A stretch of DNA of 64,000 nucleotides from Candidatus Hadarchaeum sp. (lineage in GTDB: Archaea; Hadarchaeota; Hadarchaeia; Hadarchaeales; Hadarchaeaceae): contig NZ_JAVZIN010000006.1 in assembly GCF_038871235.1 (NCBI RefSeq), positions 1 to 64,000 on the forward strand, written 5' to 3'. Shown here one piece after another: positions 39,063 to 47,549 of the stretch (positions are counted from its first letter, which is position 1; each line of letters starts with the position of its first letter). Below the pieces are notes generated by a model. The model was not told the origin of the DNA. It worked only from the letters and a program-made list of their open reading frames with translations, and searched no databases. A program made the translations under genes and the position numbers.

Positions 39063-39452
39063 CTAATCGCCCTCCAGCAGCTCACGGACAAATTCCCTGA
39101 AACCGCTGATGTGTCGTTTCCACTCTAAAAGTATTTTCTCCTCGGCCTCCTTTCCCGCCGCCGTGATCCGGTAGTAGCGGCGGCTGGGCCCGGCGGTTCT
39201 GGAGCTCCACTCGCTTTTCACAAAACCCCTGCTCTCTAGCCGCCTCAGTACGGGATAGATGGTGCCCGCTTTGGGAATCCATTGCCCCTTGGTGGTCTTG
39301 GCGATGGTCTGGATGATCTCATACCCGTACATGGGCTCACCGTTCTTCCTGAGGATCCAAAGCAGCAGGACGCTTAACAATCCCCGTTTCATCTCCCTCC
39401 CGATGTTTTCCCGCCACCTTTGATCTTCGTTAAGCATCTGAATCTCATCCAC
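39063..39452 (-). CDS. PadR family transcriptional regulator
   Basis: MYGYEI, GTIYP.L.RLE, RRYYRIT..G. Confidence 0.9.
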   Translation of the reverse strand: MDEIQMLNEDQRWRENIGREMKRGLLSVLLLWILRKNGEPMYGYEIIQTIAKTTKGQWIPKAGTIYPVLRRLESRGFVKSEWSSRTAGPSRRYYRITAAGKEAEEKILLEWKRHISGFREFVRELLEGD

Positions 39453-39473
39453 CTATGCCATCCCCCCATATAA

Positions 39474-39494
39474 ATATGTAGTGTGGCTACATAT
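39474..39494. promoter_or_regulatory. Probable PadR operator
   Basis: Perfect inverted repeat ATATGTAG-tgtgg-CTACATAT directly upstream of a minus-strand TTTATAT box preceding padR. Confidence 0.6.
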
Positions 39495-39517
39495 CTCTGG
39501 AACTCATTTTTCTCGTT

Positions 39518-40516
39518 TCAGGGGGAGATGATACCTTGCCCCGGCGGAATTTTGACGATGGGTGCCCCGTCAGCGTAGGAGCACCTGATGCCGTACTTCC
39601 TCACGCATTCGACGCAGAGGGCGGGATCGCAGAGCCTCGTGGAAAAATATTTTTCGCCGCCGTCGGGTGCCATAGCCACCATGACCCCCTTTTCGATCTC
39701 CACTGTTTTTTTTCTAGCGATGTGGAAGATGGCCCCCGAGCTGGGCCCGACAAAGAGCCCCTCCTGCAGGAAGAGCAGTCTGGTAGCCTCCTCCGCCTCT
39801 TGCGGGCTCACTGTGTATATCTCATCCACGTATTCTCTCCTCCAGATGGCCGGGACATACTGCGTCTGCAGGTTCTTCAGCCCGGGTATCATGGTGTTTG
39901 GCTCCGGCTGAACCGCGATTATTTTGATCTTTGGATTGTACTCCCGCAGTCTTTTGGATACCCCCATCAGGGTCCCGCTGGTCCCGATGCCGGCGATGAA
40001 GTGGGTGATCCTGCCGGCGGTGTCTCTCCAGATCTCCTCCGCGGTGGTCTCGTAGTGGGCCAGTACGTTGGCTGGGTTGGCGAACTGGTTGGGCATATAA
40101 TATTTCTCCGGGTTTTTGCTGACGATTTCGCGCGCTAGGTCCTCAGCTCCATCCATTCCCTTTGCCTCGTCGCTCAACACGATCTTGGCCCCGAGGGAGA
40201 CCAGCATCTGCCGCCTCTCCAAGGTCATGGTTTCAGGCATCACCAAGACTAAGTTGTAGCCCTTGGCCCGGCAGACCAGCGCCAGCCCAATGCCGGTGTT
40301 GCCGCTGGTGGCTTCGATGACCGTCTTGTCCTTGGTGAGCTGCCCGTTTTTCTCCGCCTGCTCGATCATGTATTTGGCGATTCGGTCCTTCACCGAGCCG
40401 CCAGGGTTGAACTTTTCCAGCTTGAGGTAGAGTTCAACGTTGGGGTTGGGGTTAAGCCGCTTCACCAGCACCAGCGGTGTGTTACCGATCAGATCGAGGA
40501 CATCCTTTGCCAGCAT
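39518..40516 (-). CDS. PLP-dependent cysteine synthase family protein with Cys-rich C-terminal tail
   Basis: IGNTPLV, KLE.FNPGGSVKDR, EATSGNTG, NQF.N, GIGTSGT, GPSSG, PDGGEKY. Confidence 0.9.
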   Translation of the reverse strand: MLAKDVLDLIGNTPLVLVKRLNPNPNVELYLKLEKFNPGGSVKDRIAKYMIEQAEKNGQLTKDKTVIEATSGNTGIGLALVCRAKGYNLVLVMPETMTLERRQMLVSLGAKIVLSDEAKGMDGAEDLAREIVSKNPEKYYMPNQFANPANVLAHYETTAEEIWRDTAGRITHFIAGIGTSGTLMGVSKRLREYNPKIKIIAVQPEPNTMIPGLKNLQTQYVPAIWRREYVDEIYTVSPQEAEEATRLLFLQEGLFVGPSSGAIFHIARKKTVEIEKGVMVAMAPDGGEKYFSTRLCDPALCVECVRKYGIRCSYADGAPIVKIPPGQGIISP

Positions 40517-40607
40517 CTCCTTCCCTCAATGCTATCATAACGCCCTTATATATTTCATGATGTCTGTCTTATCTATTAATTTTAATTGAGCCTAGGTCGA
40601 TGATTGG

Positions 40608-41393
40608 TTGGATAACTTGTCACGGACATTGTCACTGGGCTGCGTGGAGTTCGCCGTGCCGGGCAGAACTCTTGAGGAGAAACTGGAAGTGCTAGAGTCC
40701 AGAGCGATGTGGCTGGAGCTAGTTAATGATGAGGCGCGCAGCCTTGAGTCAATACAGGCCGCGGTATCCAGCTTCAGCGTCCCGATTTTCTCGGTTCAGG
40801 CGAATAAGTTACATTATCTGAGTCTTCTAAGCGACGATTTAGGCGAGCGCAGAGCGGCCAGAGAGCACGTGGAGGAGACGATGAGCTGGGCGGCGGCGCT
40901 CGGGGCCGAGAATGTGGTAACCACGCTCGCCTTCGGGGATCCCGCTGCCAGAGAACCCTATTCGCTGGCACTGGAGACCTTCAGGGGATTCGGGACGCAG
41001 GCTGAGGAGCTGGGCATCACCGTGTCCATCGAGCCGCTGGGTAAGAACAGGACCTCGTTTCTGCCGGGCATGTCGGAAGTTCACGGCCTCATTAGCGAGC
41101 TGGGAATGGAGCACCTGCGACTGATGGCGGACACGATGCACATCCACGACAACGGTGACGATGTTGTTGAAGTAGTTGCAAGGTATGTTGATGAGATTTC
41201 CGAGCTGCAGCTCCGTGACACCGGGTCGAGGCCGCCGGGTCAGGGCGCCATCGATTTTTCATCACTGATGGACGTAGTGGTTAAAAAGTTCAAAGGGCTC
41301 CTCTGTCTGGAGTATAAGCCGGGGACCAACCTGAGAAAGGATTTTGATCACGCTTGTAAATTTGTTTTTGGCTTCATCGCTGCGGTTCGATAA
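40608..41393 (+). CDS. Sugar phosphate isomerase/epimerase (AP endonuclease 2 TIM barrel)
   Basis: SIEPL, ADTMH, L.D..SRPPG.G.IDF, LEY. Confidence 0.82.
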   Translation: MDNLSRTLSLGCVEFAVPGRTLEEKLEVLESRAMWLELVNDEARSLESIQAAVSSFSVPIFSVQANKLHYLSLLSDDLGERRAAREHVEETMSWAAALGAENVVTTLAFGDPAAREPYSLALETFRGFGTQAEELGITVSIEPLGKNRTSFLPGMSEVHGLISELGMEHLRLMADTMHIHDNGDDVVEVVARYVDEISELQLRDTGSRPPGQGAIDFSSLMDVVVKKFKGLLCLEYKPGTNLRKDFDHACKFVFGFIAAVR

Positions 41394-42399
41394 TTACCTT
41401 CAGTGAATCCTTAGCTTCGGCGACGAGCTTGAAGCCCAGTCCTGTTTGCTCCAGCGGCAGCCGATGAGTTATCATGTCCACAACGTTCAGCCTCTTCTTG
41501 GAGAGCAGGCCGAGCGCTTCTTCAAGATCTCTCGGTGCGCCGCCGTAAGAGGTCATGATGGTTACCTCGTTGCGCCAGAATTCAGCCAGAGGCATCGTGA
41601 TCTCAACGCTCGGCTCGGGGACGGCGAAGAAGAGGATGGTTCCACCCCTATCCACGCACTTCAAAGCCTGCCTGCTGGCCGCGGTTGCCCCGGTGCACAC
41701 GATCACTTTATCGGCCAGCCTCCCACCGTTGAGCTGGCGTAGCCTTTCAATCACATCGGAGTTGGCATTTATCGTGGCATCAGCGCCGAATTTCTTAGCC
41801 GCCCTCAGCCGGTAATCGCTGATGTCGGTGGTGAATATCCTCGCTGCCCCCTTCAGACGGGCCAGCTGCAGATGAAGCAGACCGGAGAGACCGCTACCCA
41901 AGATGAGGACAGTATCTCCATCACCGATTCCAGCCAGCCTCTGTGCCCGCACCACGCAGGCCACGGGCTCTATAAAGGTGCCCTCTTCAAAAGACATTCC
42001 TTGTGGTAGGGGGTAGATCCCTTTCTCCACGTTCAGCTTAGGGACTCGGATGAATTCAGCGAAGCCTCCCGGATCATAGTTGGTGGTGTGCAGAGTTTCG
42101 CAAGCGGTCTCGTGACCGCGGCTGCAGTAGTGGCAGGTTCCACAGGGGACATGATGGGAGATGAAGACCCTCTCCCCCATCTTGTATCGGCTGACGCCCT
42201 CTCCCACTTCAACTATTTCTCCAGTGGCTTCATGACCAAGCACCCGTGGGGCGGTTCTGATGCGATACCATTCAAGGACATCGCTGCCGCAGATCCCTGA
42301 AGCCATTACCTTCACCAGGATTTCACCGGGGCCGATTTCGGGCTTCGGCATCTCCTCAATCCTTATGTCGTTATTGCTGTAGTATCTTGCCACGCGCAT
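41374..42399 (-). CDS. Zn-dependent (sorbitol/threonine-type) dehydrogenase
   Basis: GICGSD, GHE, CGTCHYC......C, EPVAC, GSGLSG; start MRVARYY at 42399. Confidence 0.9.
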   Translation of the reverse strand: MRVARYYSNNDIRIEEMPKPEIGPGEILVKVMASGICGSDVLEWYRIRTAPRVLGHEATGEIVEVGEGVSRYKMGERVFISHHVPCGTCHYCSRGHETACETLHTTNYDPGGFAEFIRVPKLNVEKGIYPLPQGMSFEEGTFIEPVACVVRAQRLAGIGDGDTVLILGSGLSGLLHLQLARLKGAARIFTTDISDYRLRAAKKFGADATINANSDVIERLRQLNGGRLADKVIVCTGATAASRQALKCVDRGGTILFFAVPEPSVEITMPLAEFWRNEVTIMTSYGGAPRDLEEALGLLSKKRLNVVDMITHRLPLEQTGLGFKLVAEAKDSLKVIIEPQR

Positions 42400-42448
42400 G
42401 TGCTTCCCAAACAAACTATTGGATGTTAAGAAATACCTTTGCCGCACC

Positions 42449-43345
42449 CTAAGGCTCAAAGATTGGACCCAAAAATCTCCTGAAAAGCAAAGACTGTTTT
42501 TCCCTTTCCTCTCTTTTCAGCTTATACCCGTAGAGCAGCCCGGCGACGAGACCGACCAGATGGGCCACGTTGGCGACGGAACCGCCGACCTCAAAAACGA
42601 CCAGAAGAATGGATAGGATTCCAAAGCCCAGCGTGGCCATCCAGAGCCTCAGCGGTATGATGAAAAAGAGCAGAACGGGCAAACGGGGGGCGAGCACGGT
42701 GAGCGCTCCCAGAACACCAAGGATGGCCCCACTGGCTCCCAGCAGGATGGCCTCGGGAGCCGTGAAGAGCAATTGTCCTGTGGCGGCCAGTATCCCTGAA
42801 CAGAAAAATAAACCGAGGAACCTTTTGCCGCCTATTCTGATCTCCAAAACCGGACCAAACGAGAGCAGAACCAGACAATTGAACAGAAGATGCAGGAAGC
42901 CACCGTGAATGAAGATGGAAGTGATCAGCGTCCAGGGCCTTGAAACCACCGTGGCACCGGATGCGGCCAGATAATAGAGAAAGGTGCCGTGATCTCCGGG
43001 ACGATAGTAGCCCGAGTTCAGAATAAACTGGGCCACGAGCTGAATTACGAAAACGGAGATGATTAATATCAGCAGGGTCAAGCTGGCGGCGGGATATGGA
43101 AGGCGTGGTCTCCTCCGCTTTTCAGGTGGCTTCAAAGTGTAGAAATCGTAGCGGAACTGAAATTGTGGCTGTTCCTGCCCTTTATCGGCTACAGGTTGTG
43201 TCGGGGTTTCAATCTTTTCTGTTTCCCTCTTTCCCTGGCAATCATGGTTTTCCGGGAGCCTGTGGTCGGTGCAGTAGTTTCCCCCGCAGTAGCTGCATCT
43301 GAAGGGCAGGGCCACTTCCCTTCCGCATTTGTCGCAGACGGCCAT
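42449..43345 (-). CDS. Rhomboid intramembrane serine protease with N-terminal AN1 zinc finger
   Basis: CDKC....LPFRCSYCG..YC..HRLPE.H.C; PW.L.TS.F.H, HL.FN, GASGA, AHL.G. Confidence 0.9.
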   Translation of the reverse strand: MAVCDKCGREVALPFRCSYCGGNYCTDHRLPENHDCQGKRETEKIETPTQPVADKGQEQPQFQFRYDFYTLKPPEKRRRPRLPYPAASLTLLILIISVFVIQLVAQFILNSGYYRPGDHGTFLYYLAASGATVVSRPWTLITSIFIHGGFLHLLFNCLVLLSFGPVLEIRIGGKRFLGLFFCSGILAATGQLLFTAPEAILLGASGAILGVLGALTVLAPRLPVLLFFIIPLRLWMATLGFGILSILLVVFEVGGSVANVAHLVGLVAGLLYGYKLKREEREKQSLLFRRFLGPIFEP

Positions 43346-43457
43346 TTTTCCACCTATCGCTCAAAGAGCCGAGTGTCCGAGGCAATTTATCCTTTTCTGC
43401 TCCGCGACTTGGGAAGAATTTATTTTCTGAAAGAACTTTAATTGCAGGGGTAGGGAG

Positions 43458-44339
43458 ATGGACGAGGCGGGCCTGATTTCCAAGGGCATAAGGGTCACCA
43501 AGATATCCATTCTTACTTTAGTTACCTTGGGATGTCTCATGATCATAGCCGGGTTTCTCTCCGGCAGCGTGGCCTTGAAGGGCAGCGGTGTGGACACCCT
43601 CGGTGATGCGTTAGGTTCCGTGATCGTGTTGATCGGGTTACGAATACTGAGCAGGCCACCCGACGAGAGGTTTCAATATGGATATTATAAGGTTGAGACT
43701 TTAGTTTCGATGATCGGAGCCATAATTTTATCCTTGATCGGGGTCTGGATTTTTTACGTTTCCGTCTTGGCCTTCTTCTCCCCGAAGGAGCTGGGATATC
43801 CCGCGGTGACGCTGGTTTTATCTGCCGTTTCCTCCGCGTCCTTCTTCCTGCTGGCGATTTACAAGGCAAGGACAGCTAGGGAGATCAACTCGCTGTCGCT
43901 GAAAACCGATGCGCTGGCCTCGGTGACCTCCGGGATGGCAGCCTCGATCGTCTTCGTCAGCTTGGCTCTTTCCTACCTAGGCATATATCACGCGGACGCG
44001 GTTGCGGGGATGATCATGGCTGCGTTGACCATGGTCCTGTCCTACACCGCGATCAAGGAATCTTCCCTGACGCTGTTGGACGTCTGTACCTGCACTGATG
44101 TTAGGGGTAGCATAAAGGAGATCGCCGCAAAAGTGTCCGGTGTTAAGGACGTTCGCGAGGTTTTGCTGCGGAAGTCAGGACCATTCATTATGGGTGAGAT
44201 GTATCTCCGGGTGGATGGAAGGCTTTCAGTCGAGAGGGCGCATGAGATAGTTGAAGAGGTTGAAAAATCGGTGAGGAGACACGTACCAGCCTTGAAAAGG
44301 CTGACGATAAGAGTTGAGCCCGCTAAGAGGAGACGTTGA
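43458..44339 (+). CDS. Cation diffusion facilitator family transporter
   Basis: S.AL....D...D, PPD.RFQYGY.K.E, C-terminal LRKSG...AH.I...VE. Confidence 0.88.
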   Translation: MDEAGLISKGIRVTKISILTLVTLGCLMIIAGFLSGSVALKGSGVDTLGDALGSVIVLIGLRILSRPPDERFQYGYYKVETLVSMIGAIILSLIGVWIFYVSVLAFFSPKELGYPAVTLVLSAVSSASFFLLAIYKARTAREINSLSLKTDALASVTSGMAASIVFVSLALSYLGIYHADAVAGMIMAALTMVLSYTAIKESSLTLLDVCTCTDVRGSIKEIAAKVSGVKDVREVLLRKSGPFIMGEMYLRVDGRLSVERAHEIVEEVEKSVRRHVPALKRLTIRVEPAKRRR

Positions 44340-44409
44340 CCAAGTTTTCGAGTTAATCGATTTTTTCCAGTTCAACATAGCGCAGCCAGAATCCTCCGCA
44401 CATATGGTA

Positions 44410-45213
44410 CTAAGTCTCGCTACTGCTCTTGACCGTGTTGAAAATTTCTTGGGCCTCTTTAGGTGTGGCGTTCTCATGGATGATTGCCCTTATCGCTCTG
44501 GCCATGGCAACGGGGTAATCGTGTTGCCAGATGTTCCTCCCTAGGTTGACACCCACGGCACCCTTCTGCAGCGCGTCGTAAACCCAGCTGAAGACCTCGA
44601 ACTCGGAATCTACCTTGGGTCCGCCGGCGATGACGATTGGTACCGGACAGCCCTTCACGACCTTTTCAAAGCCCTCCTCACAGTAGTAGGTTTTGACCAC
44701 GCGTGCGCCAAGCTCGGCGGCGATCCTGCAGGCCAGAGCAAGGTATCTGGCGTCGCGCTTGCCCAGCTCGGTGCCCACGGCGGTGACTGCCATCGTCGGT
44801 ATCCCGTAATCCTCGCACTCGTTAACGAGATTAGCCAGGTTAAGCAAGGACTGGTGCTCGTGCTCGCTGCCCACGAAGATCGACATGGAGACGGCGCAGG
44901 CGTTGAGCCGTATCGCCTCTCTTACCGAGGTCGTGATGCCTTCTTGATCCAGTTCTTCCTTCCGGGCCATACTGGTGCCACCTGAGACCCTCAAAATGAT
45001 CGGTTTCTGGATGGCGGGGTCGACGCAAGACCTCAGTATCCCACGGGTGAGCATGATGGCATCCACATAGGGCAGAAGCGGTGAAATGGTTTTGCCCGGT
45101 TCCTCGAGCCGGGTGGTCGGGCCTTGGAAGTAGCCGTGGTCGATGGGCAGAAACATGGCCCTGCCGTCGCGCTGGATGAGCTGGGAGAGCCTGTTTTTCA
45201 TTCCCCAATCCAC
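44410..45213 (-). CDS. lsrF: LsrF-like class I aldolase/thiolase (DhnA family)
   Basis: MDWGMKNRLS, PIDHGYFQGP, RIAAELGA..VKTYY, IAGG.K, GRNIWQ. Confidence 0.8.
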   Translation of the reverse strand: MDWGMKNRLSQLIQRDGRAMFLPIDHGYFQGPTTRLEEPGKTISPLLPYVDAIMLTRGILRSCVDPAIQKPIILRVSGGTSMARKEELDQEGITTSVREAIRLNACAVSMSIFVGSEHEHQSLLNLANLVNECEDYGIPTMAVTAVGTELGKRDARYLALACRIAAELGARVVKTYYCEEGFEKVVKGCPVPIVIAGGPKVDSEFEVFSWVYDALQKGAVGVNLGRNIWQHDYPVAMARAIRAIIHENATPKEAQEIFNTVKSSSET

Positions 45214-45330
45214 AAAATCACCGCCTTTATTTTCCGCCCGTTATTAAATAACCTTTTCCAAATGTCCCATTATTCGGATGGCGGAATGGGTTTATATAAA
45301 CGGATTGATTTTATCTAATGAGGTTTGTGC

Positions 45331-45429
45331 ATGAGCGACAGGATTAAAAGAATTCTTTCCCTGATAATCATCCTGCTCTTCCTGCTCTCGTCGGCGATAG
45401 CGGTGATCATCAGCCTGCTCAGCAAGTAG
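45331..45429 (+). CDS. 32-aa single-TM small protein (below the ORF-track cutoff)
   Basis: GAGGT RBS 6 nt before ATG; MSDRIKRILSLIIILLFLLSSAIAVIISLLSK*. Confidence 0.6.
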   Translation: MSDRIKRILSLIIILLFLLSSAIAVIISLLSK

Positions 45430-45464
45430 AAACTTAATTAAGCCGCAGTTAAATTTCATATGAT

Positions 45465-45561
45465 GCGGCCGTGGTCCAGCCTGGTCTAAGCTTTTTAGCT
45501 GCCAAGAGGACTCAGGCCCTCCAAGCCTGTAGCCCGGGTTCAAATCCCGGCGGCCGCACCA
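45465..45561 (+). tRNA. tRNA-Gly(TCC) with 19-nt intron in the D-loop (45488-45506), CCA encoded
   Basis: GCGGCCG TG GTCC AGCCTGGTCT [aagctttttagctgccaag] A GGAC T CAGGC CC TCC AA GCCTG TAGC CCGGG TTCAAAT CCCGG CGGCCGC A CCA. Confidence 0.93.
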
Positions 45562-45721
45562 ACCCTTTTTCAGAAAAAGCGTTGGCGGAAAGAACTATTG
45601 TCGATTTGATTTCCCTTCAAGCTGGAGGATGGAAAATATAATCCGATTTGTGAATTTGATTAAAAATAAGGGATTAACTAAACGAAGCATAACTTAAAAT
45701 TTTCTGCCATGCTTGTAAGGT

Positions 45722-45946
45722 TTATGAAATAATTTCGAAACCTTTCTCCTTTAGCTTGCTAATGACTTCGTTTAGATCTTTTCCCTGCCTTTTACAGCCT
45801 TGAGGTATCGTGGTTGCGCGACCAAGCGTTTTTCTAACGATTGGGTTTTTCACACCCAGAAATCCCAATTCATTTAAGATATCTATGAGTTCGGGGTATT
45901 CCTCTGTAAGCTCGTAAACGCTCTTGTTCAAATCAATTTTTTTCAT
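45722..45946 (-). CDS. DUF1858 domain protein
   Basis: IDLNKSVYEL...YPEL..IL..LGF....NP..R.T.GR..T. Confidence 0.8.
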   Translation of the reverse strand: MKKIDLNKSVYELTEEYPELIDILNELGFLGVKNPIVRKTLGRATTIPQGCKRQGKDLNEVISKLKEKGFEIIS

Positions 45947-47156
45947 CCATTAACCTTCTTTCCCCTTCTAATTTTTTGATTTCGGTTATATCCTGAACAA
46001 CTTCCATTGTGCCCAAATAATTCCGGCTTTCATCCCTAACCGCAAAATATCTTATGTGGACAAATCTGCCTTTATAATTTATCCAGAATTCTGCGACGTT
46101 ACGGCTTCCCTCCTTAAATGAGTTTAGGATGGCCTCAACTTTGTCTACACTTTGCGGCGGGTGGCACTGTTGCACTTTTCTCCCTAACACTGATTTCGTT
46201 CTGATGAAAATTTTAGACCCAGTGTTATTGAAGTATCTAACTTTATCATCCTTGTCTACAAAAGTCACGTCCACAGGCAAGGTATTCAACAGGCACATCA
46301 ATTCTTTTAAAGTTAAATCACCGGTAGGAAAAGAAATAGTCCCCTTGTCCTTAACGAAGGGCTCCTCAACCAAGGCACTTTTCAATTCCTCTATTAAGGC
46401 AGAGGTCTCTTTGGGCTTTTCGATGTAAACATATCCCACCCCTTCGCTTTCCTTCAGTATCTCCACCCACTCCTCAGGCCTGAGCATTTCCACCGAAGAG
46501 GGGAAGAGTATGTTTTCCTCCTTAAAGATCATTCCCTCAACTTCACTGATCAAAGGGTTTAGAAATTTATCCACGTAATCCTCGCGCAGGCGCTCTTCCG
46601 TCGTTTCTATGCTAACGATCGCGTTTTTGAGCATATCTCTGATCTCGTTGTCCTTGCCCCACATCACCTTTGAGGGCCCGTAGAACCCATGGCGTTCAAG
46701 GTAAGGGAAAAGAACCTGTTCTTTTCTCTGGTAGTGCACATCCAAACCTTTAAGATCAGAAAGTTTTTCCCTGATTTTTTCCTTCCAATCCGAAAAGTTG
46801 TATTTTTGTCTATTTTTTATATACTCCTTTATCTCGGCGATGATCTTCTCCACCTCCCTGTTTTCCAATTTAAAGAGGTAAACCGGATGCGCTGGAGATT
46901 CCTCTTTAATCACCGCTTTCTTCAATGCCGACTCAAACAGCAAGGCATGGACGTTGCAGAATTTCTTTATTTCCTCCGGGGTTAATCCGTCATTTATCAG
47001 CGATTGCTCGATCTCTGCAATTTCCATAGAAGTTATACTTCCTATTTCTTTCTCAAACTTTTCCTTCGCTTCCTCCACAGATAGACCTCTGTGAAGATCT
47101 AGAATTATTTTTTTGATTATTTCCTTTTTCGCACTTTTTGACAAATTTTCGGTCAT
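45933..47156 (-). CDS. DUF438 / hemerythrin / PAS domain protein
   Basis: EIAEIEQ.L, CNVHA, HPV..FK.EN, HY.RKE..LFP.LE, VMW..D.EIR, MIFKEE.IL, PVD.TFVD, CHPP.S. Confidence 0.85.
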   Translation of the reverse strand: MTENLSKSAKKEIIKKIILDLHRGLSVEEAKEKFEKEIGSITSMEIAEIEQSLINDGLTPEEIKKFCNVHALLFESALKKAVIKEESPAHPVYLFKLENREVEKIIAEIKEYIKNRQKYNFSDWKEKIREKLSDLKGLDVHYQRKEQVLFPYLERHGFYGPSKVMWGKDNEIRDMLKNAIVSIETTEERLREDYVDKFLNPLISEVEGMIFKEENILFPSSVEMLRPEEWVEILKESEGVGYVYIEKPKETSALIEELKSALVEEPFVKDKGTISFPTGDLTLKELMCLLNTLPVDVTFVDKDDKVRYFNNTGSKIFIRTKSVLGRKVQQCHPPQSVDKVEAILNSFKEGSRNVAEFWINYKGRFVHIRYFAVRDESRNYLGTMEVVQDITEIKKLEGERRLMDEKN

Positions 47157-47549
47157 GTTTTTACCTAATTTATCTTTTTGCAGAGCTTATTAAGACCACT
47201 CTCACCTTTTTGTCGGATCTCTTAGATTGCGCACACGTGTGCATTATTGGGTGAGCCAAATCGTCGTGCTCGTACCATTTCAGCTCTGGGTTTTTGAAGT
47301 GTCAACAATTTTCTGATCGTGCAAGAACTCTTTTTGTCGAGGTAAACCAAACTACCAACTGGCACCAATTCTCCGAAGCTCCGCACGGATGTTTTTGAGC
47401 TACGTGTAGCTGGCATGCAAGAATAACTTCAATACCTCGCACAAGCCAAAAATATTCGGAAGTGGCAAAAGCATGCCCTAATGGCCGTTGGTCTGGAAAA
47501 TGATAAAGGGGATATTTTTTAACTCTGGTAGCCAAGTTAACTTGATTTT

